Shown here: positions 27,501-38,254 of the stretch, in pieces
Numbering within the stretch: position 1 is the stretch's first letter
Layout of the letters: each line of letters begins with the position of its first letter
Source: a virus
Taxonomy: Duplodnaviria > Caudoviricetes
IMG/VR virus record: IMGVR_UViG_3300020365_000015
Span: 1 to 60,474 of that record
DNA: 60,474 nucleotides
Reading direction: 5' to 3' (one strand)
Made by a program: the position numbers and the translations under genes
The notes under the pieces: generated by a model
Seen by the model: only the letters and a program-made list of their open reading frames with translations
The model's database searches: none
What the model was told of the DNA's origin: nothing

Positions 27501-30500
27501 CTTCCTGACTACTGCATCTACTGGCGGCGGTACTATTACCTTTGCTGCACAACTAGAATTTGGTACTCAGAGATTTGTTTCCTACAGTGAGCAAAACTTT
27601 ATCATCACAGTGTTGGATAAAGGAGATGCAACTAACATTGAAGATGGAGATATCATCTATGTTGATAAAGATAGTGTAGAAATTACATCTTCTACTGATA
27701 CTGCAAGTGGTTTAACTTCTGGTAGTATTAGTCTAAATCTACCATCATCTTATTTTGGAAGCATTGCATCTAATGGCAACTTCCCCAAACTAAAACTAAC
27801 TGCAACTATCGAAGTTGAAAATGCAAAACCAAGACTGAAGACTTCAGTCGAGAATAAGAGAATTGTTGTTTCTTCTGCTGGTGATAGAGTTATCCCATTC
27901 AGAGGAACTGATTACGATACAGATATTGTAGAAATTCTATCATACTCTGATGCATACAGACTGAGATATGTCTATGAGGGTTCTGCAACTCAACCACCAC
28001 AAGTTGACACTTCAGGAAATCTCATCTCTGGTAATGATGTAACTGACAGATTCACATTTGATAATGGTCAAAGAGATACAATCTATGACGTTGCTAGAAT
28101 TGTTCTAAAACCAGGATTTGAGCAGACTACTGGTCAACTCTTAATTGCGTTTGATTACTTTGAACAGTCTCAAGGTGATTTCTGTACAATTGATAGTTAT
28201 CTACATGAAGCAGGTGTACCAGAAGATGAAATTCCTTCCTTCAACTCATCTGTTCATGGCAATGTAAGTCTGAGAAACGTTATTGACTTCAGACCAAAAG
28301 TGGACAGCACTGCTGTCATTGCTGGTTTCCAAGATACATCATCATTGTCATATAATGTTGGAGCATTCTCTGGTGCTGGTGCTGTTGTAGCATCTACTCC
28401 TGCACCTGATACCAACCTAGAATATACAGTATCGTTTAGTCAGATTCAGTATCTTGATAGAATTGATGGTGTATTCCTCAATAAAAAAGGTGAGTTCGTT
28501 GTCAAGGAAGGCAATTCTTCACTGAACCCATCTAAACCAGATCCAATTGATGATGCTGTACCTCTGTTCTATGTACACATCCCTGCATTTACTCAGTCTA
28601 GTAAGGATGTAAGAATTACTCCTGTTGACAATCGTCGCTACACGATGCGTGATATTGGTAAACTAGAGAAGCGTATTGAGCGTCTTGAGTATTATACTAC
28701 ACTCAGCATTCTAGAGCAGCAAGCTCTAAACATGCAAGTCAAGGATGAGATTGGTCTAGACAGATTTAAGAGTGGTTTCATTGTAGATAACTTTGAAGCA
28801 CATAGAAGTGGCAATCTCTCTGCGTTGGATTATCAATGTTCTATTGATTCACAGCAATCAGTATTGCGTCCTCAGTCAAAAGAAGACTCCTTTATCTTAA
28901 AAGAAGTCAACACTAGAGAAGATCAAAGAATCGTATCTGGATATAAGAAGTCTGGTGATGTCATCACACTACCATATTCAAGTCTATCTTTACTTGGTAA
29001 TGACTTCGCATCCAAGACTCTAAATCCAAATCCATTCGTTGTTCTCCAGTATGTTGGAGATGCTGAAGTATCACCAAGTATTGATCAGTGGTATGATGAC
29101 TCACAAGAACCACTAGTTGTAGATACTAACACAGACATCTATAAGATCTTCCTTGCTAAAGAGGATGTCAAAGAGAGTCTTTCCAGTCTACACAACTCGT
29201 TTGTAATTAACTGGGTTGGTTCTTCTTCATCGTTTACTGCAATCAATTCCCTTGGTGGTGTTAACAGTCAAGATGCAGTTGCAACTGTAAGTGCTGCTTC
29301 TGTAGGTAGCACCTCAAATATTAGTCCACAAAACAATGAAGTTGGCAAGGGCGTACAGAGCAAGATTACCAGAGGTAATAATGTATCGACAGCACTGCAG
29401 TTCTTTGCTAGAAGTGTACCAATCAAGTTCGTTGTAAGAAGACTAAAACCAAATACTGAGATTTCAGTATTCCTAGAAGGTAGAAACATCAGCAGATGGG
29501 TCAACCCCGATCTACGATTCACTGGTATCGCTGGAAGTTCTCCATCTGCATTCAACGGTAAAATCACTACTGATAGTGATGGCAACGCTAGTGGTATCAT
29601 TCTTCTACCTGCAGGTGCTCCTCCTAGAGAAAATGCAACTTGGGGTGGAGATGTAGATACCGTTGATTATGATATTGCTGCAGAAGAAGTAAGAATTTCT
29701 ACAGGTATCAAGACCTTTAGATTTACTTCGAGTGCAACTGATGCAGATAAGACAACAGTAGATACTTACGCCGAAGTTAAGTATTATGCAACTGGTATTC
29801 TACCAGAGAATCCTGTCAGCATCATCTCTACAAAACCATCTTTCTTCAAAGCAAATGAGGGTGTACAGTTTGTAGATAGCAATACTGATAATCCAGTAAG
29901 ACCTAATCCACTTGCTCAAACGTTTAAGATTGAGAACTATGATGGTGGACTATTTACAACTGGTATGGATCTATTCTTCAGCAAGAAGAGTTCTACTATT
30001 CCAGTAAAAGTATACCTTACTAATGTTGATTCCGACAAACCTGGCAAGAATATTATTCCTGGAACTGAGAGAGTTCTCTCACCATTCACATTCCTGAAGT
30101 TCTTCACCAACGGAAACGTATTTGTTACTCAGGGTGAGAGTATTACTGGTGCAACTTCTGCTGCTAGTGGTCCTCTTGCTAAGGTTATTGATAAGAATGG
30201 TGTTGAGTTAGTCCCATCTTCCTCAGGAAAATACTTGCTTACTAATGAGCAAGTTTACACGATGGTCTTGGATAACCATAATGGTCGCTCATTCAGTCAG
30301 AACGAGACTCTAATCATCCCATCTGTTGTATTGGCAAATGCTACCGAGGGTAAGACATCTGTACTAACCATCGCAAAGGATAGTGGAAAACTTTCTTCTA
30401 TTCGTGTATTGAATCCTGGTGATAACTACGAAAGTGCAATTCTAACCATCGAGAGTCCACAACTCCCAGGCGGTTCAGTCGCAACAGCAAGAGTAGGTGT

Positions 30501-32679
30501 ATCTGGTGGTAAGGTTTATAACACCGAGATCTCTCTAACTGGTTTCGGATATACCGAAGCACCATCAGTTGTTGTCAGAGGCGTCGGTAATGGCGCTGGT
30601 GGATGCGTAGTGGAGACTTCCATTGAGATTGATACACCCGCAGTTAGAATGGGCGTAGCAGTCGATCAGGAAGGTTTGACAAACTCTACCATTCCAACAC
30701 ACTTCGAGTTCGATCACCCTGTTTATCTACAGAATGACACCGAATATGCTCTAGCAGTAGAAACTGATTCTACAGATTATGAACTCTGGGTATCTCGTCT
30801 AGGAGAGATCGACGTTGCAACTAGCACCGTCATTACTACACAACCTTCACTGGGTTCGGTATACAGATCTCAAAACGTTGATGTTTGGACAGAAGATATT
30901 TTTGAAGATCTTAAGTTCACTCTTTACAGAGCAGAATTTGCTATTGATAGACCATGCGAACTTCTACTTAAGAATGAGTCTCTTGGTTATGAACTTCTGA
31001 ATAAGAATCCATTTGCTACTAACGCAACTGCAAATACAAATGCAACTTCTAGACTATTCAAGAATAACAATAGTATTGTAAGAGTATCTCATAGAGATAA
31101 TGGTTTCGAGGGAACTGGAGATTCTTATGTATTCTTCAGAACTGCACAACAGACTGGTGGTGTTACATCAGATGTTCTCAATACTTCACTATTCAAAGTT
31201 TCAAACACTGGTGTAGACTCATACAATATTGTTTCCAGCATCCAAGCATCTGGTAATTCTATTGGAGGTGGCGATACAGTCTATGCATCATACAATAGAA
31301 AGTTTGAGACTCTATATCCTCAGGTTCAGTATTTGACATTTACTGGAACTAAGATTGAATCTATGGTTAAGACAACCAACATGATTCCTGTTGATTCTAG
31401 CACAACCAATTATACATCATATTCACAATCTGAGTATGAGAAGACTTTCTTAAATGAACCACATTATTTTACAAATCAGAAAGTTCTTGCTTCTGAAATC
31501 AACGAAACTCTAAATGATCTAGATGAGTCTCTAGTGTATAAGTTAGATCTCTCATCCACAGTATCTTACCTATCTCCTGTAGTTGACCTTGCAACTAGCA
31601 GTGTCAAAACTTCGACAAACAGAATTGATAATGCATATGGTCAGGAAGATAGATTCGGAAGAAGAGATCAAGTTGTAGAGTTCTATCCAGTATACTCGTT
31701 TACAATTTCTGATCTAGGTGCTGTTGATATTACCAACAACCAGTCTATTGAAGGTTATACTTCCAAAGCATCTGGAACCATCGCTAAGGTAGATGGCACT
31801 ACAGTATGGGTAAGAGTTAAGACCACACAGTTCTTCCAGAAAGGTGAAAGAGTAACTCTTGGTAGTCAGTTGACATTAGTAGAAAATGTTGGTGGCGAAG
31901 ATCTACCACTAGGTAAGATTGGAACAAATCCATCACAGGTTCTAGTTAATATCAACGATGCATCTACAATTGTTGCTAGAAACCCATCTACTATCACTGA
32001 AACATATGATAATGTCATTACTGGTAAGACTGTTATCTGGAATAATCAAACTCAAGAGTTGACTATTAGAGTTGATACCCAACCAATTCTGGATGACTTC
32101 ACAGGAAGAATCCAAGACAATACTGCATTCAATAGAAATGCAATTGTTGGAGATCAAGTAGATGATATCTTTAGAGTTGGAGACTTTATCAAGTATCCAG
32201 AGCAAACAGATGACGAGGCATACTTCTTAGAGGTTGGCACAGTATCCTACACCAATGGATCTGAATTTGTTCCCGAAGATAGTTCTAGAAACAGTTCTTC
32301 GATTGCGAAGTATCTCACCAAGGAAGTTTCTATCAGCAGTCCCGCTACTGCAATTGATGTACACCTAACCGTCAACGTAAAAGACTTTGCAAATGTCAGG
32401 GTTCTTTACAAGTACAAGAAAGCATCATCGCAGGAAAACTTCGATGACCTTGATTGGGAATACTTCAATGCAGATGGATCTCCAGATAACCTGGAAATTG
32501 CTACTCCAGAGAACAGCATTTCTAGTGTTGTTGAGAAGCAATCTTCTTATCAGGATGTCAAGTATAGTGTATCAGATCTACCTGAGTTCTCATCCTTTGC
32601 GATTAAGGTTGTTATGAAGGGTGTAGATCCCGCGTTTGTACCTAAGATCCAAGACATTAGAGCTGTTGCTGCTTTCTAA
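24562..32679 (+). CDS. large virion structural protein (VrlC-like / DUF4815-like)
   Basis: MPQKTNLNVNPYYEDFD...RELTQLQSILQNQ, APGAHRLKI, RRYTMRDIGKLEKRI, DRFKSGFIVDNF, PLAQTF. Confidence 0.85.
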   Translation: MPQKTNLNVNPYYEDFDANRNFYKILFRPGYSIQSRELTQLQSILQNQIESFGKYAFKQGDLVVPGEVGLNTKLDYVKLSSVSEVAVNEGNTVVYKKYDISQLDGLQLRGLSSGVVATVLAIKLATETSADTLYVNYLNSGDSNTSSTFRQGETLEVVDGVNTPLLVVGTDGSVLPTSITVTNPDTQETTSVNSPAMGYASAVKVEEGIYFVNGYFVRNQTQLLVINDYYNIPSAKVGFKITEEIVSPEQDDSLYDNSIGSSNYTAPGAHRLKISLDLVRYNLGESTDKNFIQLITVYKGSVQKKVSPTNYNLLEQTLARRTFDESGDYVVENFSVDIREFAQRNNNGGLYAPDEFNLYNGYTETEASRKMLTSIGPGKAYIRGYEIVNKETKYLEVNKARESLSSDNVLLKSKGLPTFSVNNVYGSVPLNKEGGDLTAYPYVNLYTSFNDGSVGLNNTEASTDKRQTLNRRGKLFNANQAIKTITIEVTSATNPIGSITDGTFESTIGTLHFIKSRNDGGSPISTGSIQSIAFASVNKPLINPSDTVKFLELTIVGDKDDLDLVMLECDLGDSNLRRKLFLSSNDAAVDANPFGHIVDYSDSITPLIGRAKPNNFFLQNRGAGFNSDSDVVLSRGRLAEGTEAYNANFGLSYFDPQFFTKIKLDTAPSAGFSVGKYIFGLKSGAYGVVEGPPNGKYSIGATLFVKTLFGRFQSGETLRDEAGNTNRIATDNTISHFIVVNRGLGYADGLRLMINGVSYDPSVVEVLRRNNGEVYKVSINNRTALLTEYVQPPAVSIIQPDGSTEPTQGSVILPVLTRNAVTTYTPQNVKSVAAEYGSGNANVFTADVVVDDRSLSEIKSVTDFTFFGSKGYNFIESTSFNADASILLQQGDIVQFSDVDNNLIRATVQYATEQEGVAKSRVYLDIALPGDVVNTSIVRLRPRVQNSNQGSLVFPTGSNQIKKIAANSEDTKIKYYLRRDFLTTASTGGGTITFAAQLEFGTQRFVSYSEQNFIITVLDKGDATNIEDGDIIYVDKDSVEITSSTDTASGLTSGSISLNLPSSYFGSIASNGNFPKLKLTATIEVENAKPRLKTSVENKRIVVSSAGDRVIPFRGTDYDTDIVEILSYSDAYRLRYVYEGSATQPPQVDTSGNLISGNDVTDRFTFDNGQRDTIYDVARIVLKPGFEQTTGQLLIAFDYFEQSQGDFCTIDSYLHEAGVPEDEIPSFNSSVHGNVSLRNVIDFRPKVDSTAVIAGFQDTSSLSYNVGAFSGAGAVVASTPAPDTNLEYTVSFSQIQYLDRIDGVFLNKKGEFVVKEGNSSLNPSKPDPIDDAVPLFYVHIPAFTQSSKDVRITPVDNRRYTMRDIGKLEKRIERLEYYTTLSILEQQALNMQVKDEIGLDRFKSGFIVDNFEAHRSGNLSALDYQCSIDSQQSVLRPQSKEDSFILKEVNTREDQRIVSGYKKSGDVITLPYSSLSLLGNDFASKTLNPNPFVVLQYVGDAEVSPSIDQWYDDSQEPLVVDTNTDIYKIFLAKEDVKESLSSLHNSFVINWVGSSSSFTAINSLGGVNSQDAVATVSAASVGSTSNISPQNNEVGKGVQSKITRGNNVSTALQFFARSVPIKFVVRRLKPNTEISVFLEGRNISRWVNPDLRFTGIAGSSPSAFNGKITTDSDGNASGIILLPAGAPPRENATWGGDVDTVDYDIAAEEVRISTGIKTFRFTSSATDADKTTVDTYAEVKYYATGILPENPVSIISTKPSFFKANEGVQFVDSNTDNPVRPNPLAQTFKIENYDGGLFTTGMDLFFSKKSSTIPVKVYLTNVDSDKPGKNIIPGTERVLSPFTFLKFFTNGNVFVTQGESITGATSAASGPLAKVIDKNGVELVPSSSGKYLLTNEQVYTMVLDNHNGRSFSQNETLIIPSVVLANATEGKTSVLTIAKDSGKLSSIRVLNPGDNYESAILTIESPQLPGGSVATARVGVSGGKVYNTEISLTGFGYTEAPSVVVRGVGNGAGGCVVETSIEIDTPAVRMGVAVDQEGLTNSTIPTHFEFDHPVYLQNDTEYALAVETDSTDYELWVSRLGEIDVATSTVITTQPSLGSVYRSQNVDVWTEDIFEDLKFTLYRAEFAIDRPCELLLKNESLGYELLNKNPFATNATANTNATSRLFKNNNSIVRVSHRDNGFEGTGDSYVFFRTAQQTGGVTSDVLNTSLFKVSNTGVDSYNIVSSIQASGNSIGGGDTVYASYNRKFETLYPQVQYLTFTGTKIESMVKTTNMIPVDSSTTNYTSYSQSEYEKTFLNEPHYFTNQKVLASEINETLNDLDESLVYKLDLSSTVSYLSPVVDLATSSVKTSTNRIDNAYGQEDRFGRRDQVVEFYPVYSFTISDLGAVDITNNQSIEGYTSKASGTIAKVDGTTVWVRVKTTQFFQKGERVTLGSQLTLVENVGGEDLPLGKIGTNPSQVLVNINDASTIVARNPSTITETYDNVITGKTVIWNNQTQELTIRVDTQPILDDFTGRIQDNTAFNRNAIVGDQVDDIFRVGDFIKYPEQTDDEAYFLEVGTVSYTNGSEFVPEDSSRNSSSIAKYLTKEVSISSPATAIDVHLTVNVKDFANVRVLYKYKKASSQENFDDLDWEYFNADGSPDNLEIATPENSISSVVEKQSSYQDVKYSVSDLPEFSSFAIKVVMKGVDPAFVPKIQDIRAVAAF

Positions 32680-32687
32680 TTCCGCGC

Positions 32688-32894
32688 ATGAATTATATCA
32701 AAGTTGAAGGGCATGATGGTCTCGTTAGAGACGAGACCACTGGTGCCATCTTGAATCACGACGATTCTGCTATACAAGCTCGTCGTAAACAAAAACAACT
32801 GAATTCCGCGTTGGAAGACATAAATATGTTGAAGAATGAAATCTCTGAAATCAAATCACTACTTAGAGAGTTAGTAAAAGATGCCCGCAATTAA
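32688..32894 (+). CDS. small conserved hypothetical protein
   Basis: IKVEGHDGLVRDETTGAILN plus coiled-coil end; contains ATAAATA 32820-32826. Confidence 0.8.
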   Translation: MNYIKVEGHDGLVRDETTGAILNHDDSAIQARRKQKQLNSALEDINMLKNEISEIKSLLRELVKDARN

Positions 32895-35800
32895 CGTCGC
32901 AAGAACTGATACCTTTGAACAGCAAAGGGTCAAAATCAATGACATTTCACAAGCGATTTTCAATATCACTGCTGGTGGTAGTGATCTCGCTACTGGCAAA
33001 TTAAGGATTGGAGATGGTACTAAAGCAGAACCATCTCTGTCCTTTGAAAACGATACTACGGTAGGTATCTACAGAGCGAATGTTGGCGTCTTGGGATTTG
33101 TTGCTCAAGATAAAAAAATCCTCAATATTGACTCTACTCAAATTCTTGCTTTCCAAGATTTTAATCTACAGAAAAATATTGTAGCGGAAGCAATTATTTC
33201 AAATGCTGGTGCAAATTATGATGCTGGCATTTATCAAGATGTCTTTGTTAATGGAGGTAATGGCAACGCACTTTCATTAGACATTGAAGTTATTGCACAT
33301 GATGGAGTCATTAACAATACAGGTGAAGGATATACACCTGGAACGTATAATGACATTCCACCCACAGGTGGAAATGGATCTGGAGCATCTCTAAACTTCA
33401 CTGTACCAGAGATTGAAGGTACTATCACAAGTGCTGGATCTGCATATGCTCCTGGAAACTATAGCAATGTCTTACTCACATCTGCACAGGGTGGTACTGG
33501 TGCAAGAGCAGACATCGTAATTACAGGAGATGTCGAATATAACGGCAGCATTACCAATGGTGGATCTGGTTATACAGAGGGAACATATACTGCAGTTGGT
33601 CTCTTCGGACAACCAACAACAACCTATACAGCTACTGCGGTATCTAACCCAGGAACTCCACCTCCATCTGAAGTATATGCTATCAATGGAAATACACAGC
33701 AAGCATTAAATCTACTAGTAGGAAATACCTATAGATTTGATGTATCTGATGCTAGCATGGGAACACACCCATTAAGATTTCAGAATCAAGATGGCACCCC
33801 ACTAGATCCAACATTTTTCGATACTATAACTGTTGGTGCTGGCGGAGTTGCTGGTGCATTTGTTGATTTGGTTATCAAAATTGGTGCTCCAACCACTGCT
33901 ATCGAATACTATTGCACCAATCATCCTAATATGGGTGCGGCAATTAATTTGTCAAGTGGTTCTGTTGGAGATTTTGGTTCTGGACTTACTGTAGACATCG
34001 TAGTTGATGCAAATGGTATCGTAACTGGAGTAACTGTCAATGAAGCTGGAACAGGGTATGCTCCCAATGATGTTCTAACTGCTGAAGACACTATTCTTAT
34101 TGGTCCTGGATCAAATTTTGAATATACATTAGGCGGATCATTTACATACACAGGAACTGTCAATAGTCTTCTCTTCACAGATCAAGGTTCTGGATATGAA
34201 CAAGGAGATACTCTATCTGTAGCGGACAGTAATGTTGGAGGCGCAGGTGGTGCTGGATTCTTATATACAATTACATCAAATCCTGGAAGTGTTACCAATC
34301 TCTTCTGGCAAGATAGAGGAAATGGATATCAAGTTGGTGATGTACTCAATCTTTCCCCAGCAGTAAATGGACTTGCTACCACTTTAAGTGGAACTACCTC
34401 TGATGTTACTGGATCTTGTTCAACTGCAAGCACAACGATCACTGTTGCTGCTACCACTGGTATTGTGGCAGGAATGGCGGTAACTGGTACTGGACTTGAT
34501 GCAAATACAACTGTAGTTAGTATTGCAAGTGCGACTGAGGTTGTTGTATCTCTCAATCCAATTTCAGATGAAGCAAGCACTACATTTACTTTCACTGGTC
34601 CTAATCAAAACGACGTAATTGAAGTTGTTTCAGTTGCTGGAATCTTCCCTGGAATGCTAGTGGAGGTTGCTTCTGGTGCTGGTGTTTTACAACCCAATAC
34701 TACAGTTGCTAGTATTGATGCAGCAAATAATGCAGTTACTTTATCTCAAGATGCTGAGACCCCTGGTAATGCAGTAGTAAATTTTGTACCTCCATACGGA
34801 GCAGGAACCACTGCATGGGAATATGAAGTAGACCGTGTTGGAGTTATCGACACAATTGGTGTTAACAATCCTGGTAATGGTTATGAAATTGGTAATGAAT
34901 TAACAGTTGATCCTTCGCTGCTTATTCAACCAGAATCATTTGCTGTTACCAATCAGTCTCTCACAAAACTAACATTCACAACACCACCTGCTGCAGGAAC
35001 ATTTACAACTAGCGACAGAATCACCACAGATGGTGCTATCTTCTTCGAGGTTCGCCTAGTATCAGAATCTGGTGGAACGACAAATTATCTCTTAGTTGAA
35101 AATGCACTTGTTAATGCTGGGGATGATATTGAAACAGAAGCAAATTCTGGAACAACATATGAAGTTGGTACATCTGATTCTGTTTTCAGATATTCAATTG
35201 ATGGATCTCTAGAACCAAATATTGTTCTTTATGTTGGAAGTCAATACACATTTGATTTATCAGATAGTTCTAATCAAGGTCATCTGTTTGCTCTCAGTGA
35301 ATTTAGAGATGGAAATTATGAACCAAGTCTAGTAGACAATGTAACAACAGATATTACCGCAGGTAGTGCAGAGATTACGGTCACTGCTCAACAAGCTGCT
35401 GATATCTTGCCACGAATGGCAATTACTCAGACATCTGGCAGTGGCATTCCTAGTGGAACTACAGTTGTATCCGTTGATACAGGAACTAATGTAGTTACCA
35501 TGAGCAATGCAGCACTCATTAGTGCAACTGGCGTGGTGCTGGACTTTGCTGGAGCTGAATATGTTGATGGAGTAACCAGAACATCTGATAGTTTAACTAT
35601 TATTGTTAGAGATACAACTCCATCACTATACTACTACTGTGCATCTGGTCCTGGTCATGAAAACGAAGGTGGAGAAAATGGTGAAGAAATTTTACTAACT
35701 GTTGATCCAAACAATCCTAAAGTTTTCGGATCTAATGCTCTGTTTGTAGTTTCTGATATTACAACCAGTAATTCTATTGGACTTGATATTGTTGAAGGCG

Positions 35801-37707
35801 AAGTTACAGCATCGACAATTACTACAACAGATGGTGTAGTAGGTACACTTCAATCAACTGATTTTACTTCTGCTACAGGAACATTCTCAACTTCTTTGGC
35901 AACTCCTCTACTGAATAGAGAGGGTGCTAATTTTGAATTAAAAGCAAATTCATTCATTGTAACTGCAGGAATTAATGTCTCTGATAAACTGACAATTTCA
36001 AATACTACTGGTAATCTAGAGACCAGCGGTTATGTCAAAATTTCAGATTACCTATTGGTTGACAATCTACTCAAGATTGACACCAATACTATCTCAACAA
36101 TTACACAGCAAGACATTGTTCTACAACCTTCTGTTGGACAATTAGTTAAGTGTGATGCTACTAGTGCATTTGTTGTTCCTGCTGGTACTACCATCCAAAG
36201 ACCAGGCGCTGCTACTGCTATTGATGGATCTATTAGATACAATACTCAAACAGAGCAGTATGAAGGATACAATGCAAATAATCAATCCTGGTCATCACTT
36301 GGTGGTGTTAGAGACCTAGATGGAAACACTTACATTCTAGCAGAAGAAACTACAGGAGCAAACGATAATACGTTGTGGTTTATTAACGACAACATCAATA
36401 CCATGAAGTTTACTCCAAACTACATGGAGTTTGTAAATGTAAAGAAAGCAAGATCTTTGAATGTATCTGCTCCTGCATTTGTTGAGTGGAGAGCAAACGT
36501 TCCTGTAGCATTAGGTGAGTTTGTTAAGTATAAAAATAATCTTTATGAAGTAACTGTTGGTGGTACAACAGGAACATCTGGTGCTGAACCTATTCACACA
36601 TCTGGAGCAGTAGCAAATGGATCTGCTGAACTAACTTGGTCTCAAATTGCTGTTGCACCAATTACATTTGAAGACTACGAAGAGTTTAGATTCGATCCAT
36701 TCGGATCCTCTCCAGTAAGAATTAACAATAACCTCAAGTTCCAAGAAGCTACTATCTCGACAACAGTAGATGATCTAGTCTTAGCACCAAACAGTGGTAA
36801 GAAGATTGTTTGTGATGCAGCAACCACACTTGCTCTACCTGTAGGTGCTGACGCTGATAGAGGTGTTCCTGTTCAAGGTTCTGTCAGGTTCAGTACAACA
36901 TCAACGCAGTTTGAAGGATATGATGGAACCAACTGGGGTTCTCTTGGTGGTGTTAAGGACGTTGATCAAAACACTTATATTATTCCAGAATCTTCTCCTG
37001 GCGCAAACGAGAATACGTTGTTCTTCTATAATGATGGACAAAAGAGTGCTGAGATGACAACAACTGCATTCGACTTGTATGCAATTGATACAGTCAGATC
37101 AATGACATCTGATGAATTTGAATTGACTGCATCTTTATTAACTATTGATCAGGCTGCAACTACATTAGATAACACTTCCACCACAACTACATTCTTACAT
37201 TCATCTAAGCAATACTTTGACATCGGACTTTCTGCTGGTGTTACAGTAGATCCTATTTTAAGACTAGATGACCAGGGTGATGTTTACTTTAATACAACAT
37301 TCGGTTCTGGATTCAGTGGCGTTAAGATCTTTGATTCAGAACTTAAAGAATTTGAACTTGCAGATTTTCGTATTCTAACAGAGAAGATTACTTTGATCAA
37401 AGGATCAATTGATAACGGAGGAAGCGAGATTTACGATACTGCAACTGAAGAAAGTGCAAAGGTTGTTGTTACTGCACACAACCCAACCACAAACGATAAG
37501 CAAATGATTGAGTTTGGATGTATTGATGATGGATCAGATGTTTACTACACTGAGTACAACAATCTCTTAACAGGAATTAGATTGTTTGAACCAACTTTTG
37601 AATACACTGCAAATAATACCGTCAGACTAAATATTTCAGTTGGGGATGACGTTGGTGGCACACAGAACGTCAAAATCACCGTTGTTTCGCACATTACTAA
37701 GAAATAA
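32881..37707 (+). CDS. virion structural / tail-fibre-associated protein (1608 aa)
   Basis: MPAINVARTDTFEQQRVKIN start; GxGYT repeats; two GSxRY/F...QxEGY...WxSLGGVxDxDxNTYI modules; cupredoxin-like and CBM-like inserts. Confidence 0.8.
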   Translation: MPAINVARTDTFEQQRVKINDISQAIFNITAGGSDLATGKLRIGDGTKAEPSLSFENDTTVGIYRANVGVLGFVAQDKKILNIDSTQILAFQDFNLQKNIVAEAIISNAGANYDAGIYQDVFVNGGNGNALSLDIEVIAHDGVINNTGEGYTPGTYNDIPPTGGNGSGASLNFTVPEIEGTITSAGSAYAPGNYSNVLLTSAQGGTGARADIVITGDVEYNGSITNGGSGYTEGTYTAVGLFGQPTTTYTATAVSNPGTPPPSEVYAINGNTQQALNLLVGNTYRFDVSDASMGTHPLRFQNQDGTPLDPTFFDTITVGAGGVAGAFVDLVIKIGAPTTAIEYYCTNHPNMGAAINLSSGSVGDFGSGLTVDIVVDANGIVTGVTVNEAGTGYAPNDVLTAEDTILIGPGSNFEYTLGGSFTYTGTVNSLLFTDQGSGYEQGDTLSVADSNVGGAGGAGFLYTITSNPGSVTNLFWQDRGNGYQVGDVLNLSPAVNGLATTLSGTTSDVTGSCSTASTTITVAATTGIVAGMAVTGTGLDANTTVVSIASATEVVVSLNPISDEASTTFTFTGPNQNDVIEVVSVAGIFPGMLVEVASGAGVLQPNTTVASIDAANNAVTLSQDAETPGNAVVNFVPPYGAGTTAWEYEVDRVGVIDTIGVNNPGNGYEIGNELTVDPSLLIQPESFAVTNQSLTKLTFTTPPAAGTFTTSDRITTDGAIFFEVRLVSESGGTTNYLLVENALVNAGDDIETEANSGTTYEVGTSDSVFRYSIDGSLEPNIVLYVGSQYTFDLSDSSNQGHLFALSEFRDGNYEPSLVDNVTTDITAGSAEITVTAQQAADILPRMAITQTSGSGIPSGTTVVSVDTGTNVVTMSNAALISATGVVLDFAGAEYVDGVTRTSDSLTIIVRDTTPSLYYYCASGPGHENEGGENGEEILLTVDPNNPKVFGSNALFVVSDITTSNSIGLDIVEGEVTASTITTTDGVVGTLQSTDFTSATGTFSTSLATPLLNREGANFELKANSFIVTAGINVSDKLTISNTTGNLETSGYVKISDYLLVDNLLKIDTNTISTITQQDIVLQPSVGQLVKCDATSAFVVPAGTTIQRPGAATAIDGSIRYNTQTEQYEGYNANNQSWSSLGGVRDLDGNTYILAEETTGANDNTLWFINDNINTMKFTPNYMEFVNVKKARSLNVSAPAFVEWRANVPVALGEFVKYKNNLYEVTVGGTTGTSGAEPIHTSGAVANGSAELTWSQIAVAPITFEDYEEFRFDPFGSSPVRINNNLKFQEATISTTVDDLVLAPNSGKKIVCDAATTLALPVGADADRGVPVQGSVRFSTTSTQFEGYDGTNWGSLGGVKDVDQNTYIIPESSPGANENTLFFYNDGQKSAEMTTTAFDLYAIDTVRSMTSDEFELTASLLTIDQAATTLDNTSTTTTFLHSSKQYFDIGLSAGVTVDPILRLDDQGDVYFNTTFGSGFSGVKIFDSELKEFELADFRILTEKITLIKGSIDNGGSEIYDTATEESAKVVVTAHNPTTNDKQMIEFGCIDDGSDVYYTEYNNLLTGIRLFEPTFEYTANNTVRLNISVGDDVGGTQNVKITVVSHITKK

Positions 37708-37709
37708 AA

Positions 37710-38210
37710 ATGGCATCTATAAACGAAAAGTTTGATTCAGCTGGTGGATTTTCTGTAGAAAAAACAGTTCACATTGATGAACTGCATAATATCCAGAATA
37801 TAAACACAGTCGAATTAAAAAATTCATTCTATGCTGATAGCAGACATAAAACTGTTATTCTCCGTGGAGTTAATACTGCAGTTTTGCAGTTAGATGACAT
37901 TGGAACGCAACCTGTAATTGAAAACAACACTCTTAATTTTATTACAGGAAGAGTTGTCGCAGTAAATCCACAGGGCACTGTTTATTCAGCAAAGTTAGAA
38001 TCAGTTGTTCAGTGCGGTGCCGCTGGAGCAACAACAGTTCTATCAACAATGACCACCGTTATTAAGGACGATATTCCAACTGGTCAGACATGGGATATCG
38101 TTCCATTAGGATCAACAAACCGTTTCAGTTATTCAACTACCAGAGCAGGTACAACTAATACGATCAAGTGGTTAGTAGCTACTGAGATTATTAGTATTGC
38201 ATGGACCTGA
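37710..38210 (+). CDS. virion structural protein
   Basis: 166-aa beta-rich ORF between two fibre genes. Confidence 0.75.
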   Translation: MASINEKFDSAGGFSVEKTVHIDELHNIQNINTVELKNSFYADSRHKTVILRGVNTAVLQLDDIGTQPVIENNTLNFITGRVVAVNPQGTVYSAKLESVVQCGAAGATTVLSTMTTVIKDDIPTGQTWDIVPLGSTNRFSYSTTRAGTTNTIKWLVATEIISIAWT

Positions 38211-38212
38211 TG

Positions 38213-38219
38213 CTAAATA
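38213..38219 (+). promoter_or_regulatory. T4-type late promoter
   Basis: CTAAATA, with GGCGGAG SD-like sequence downstream. Confidence 0.7.
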
Positions 38220-38254
38220 TAACAGAGGATAACTAGGCGGAGCACGCGAGCGTC

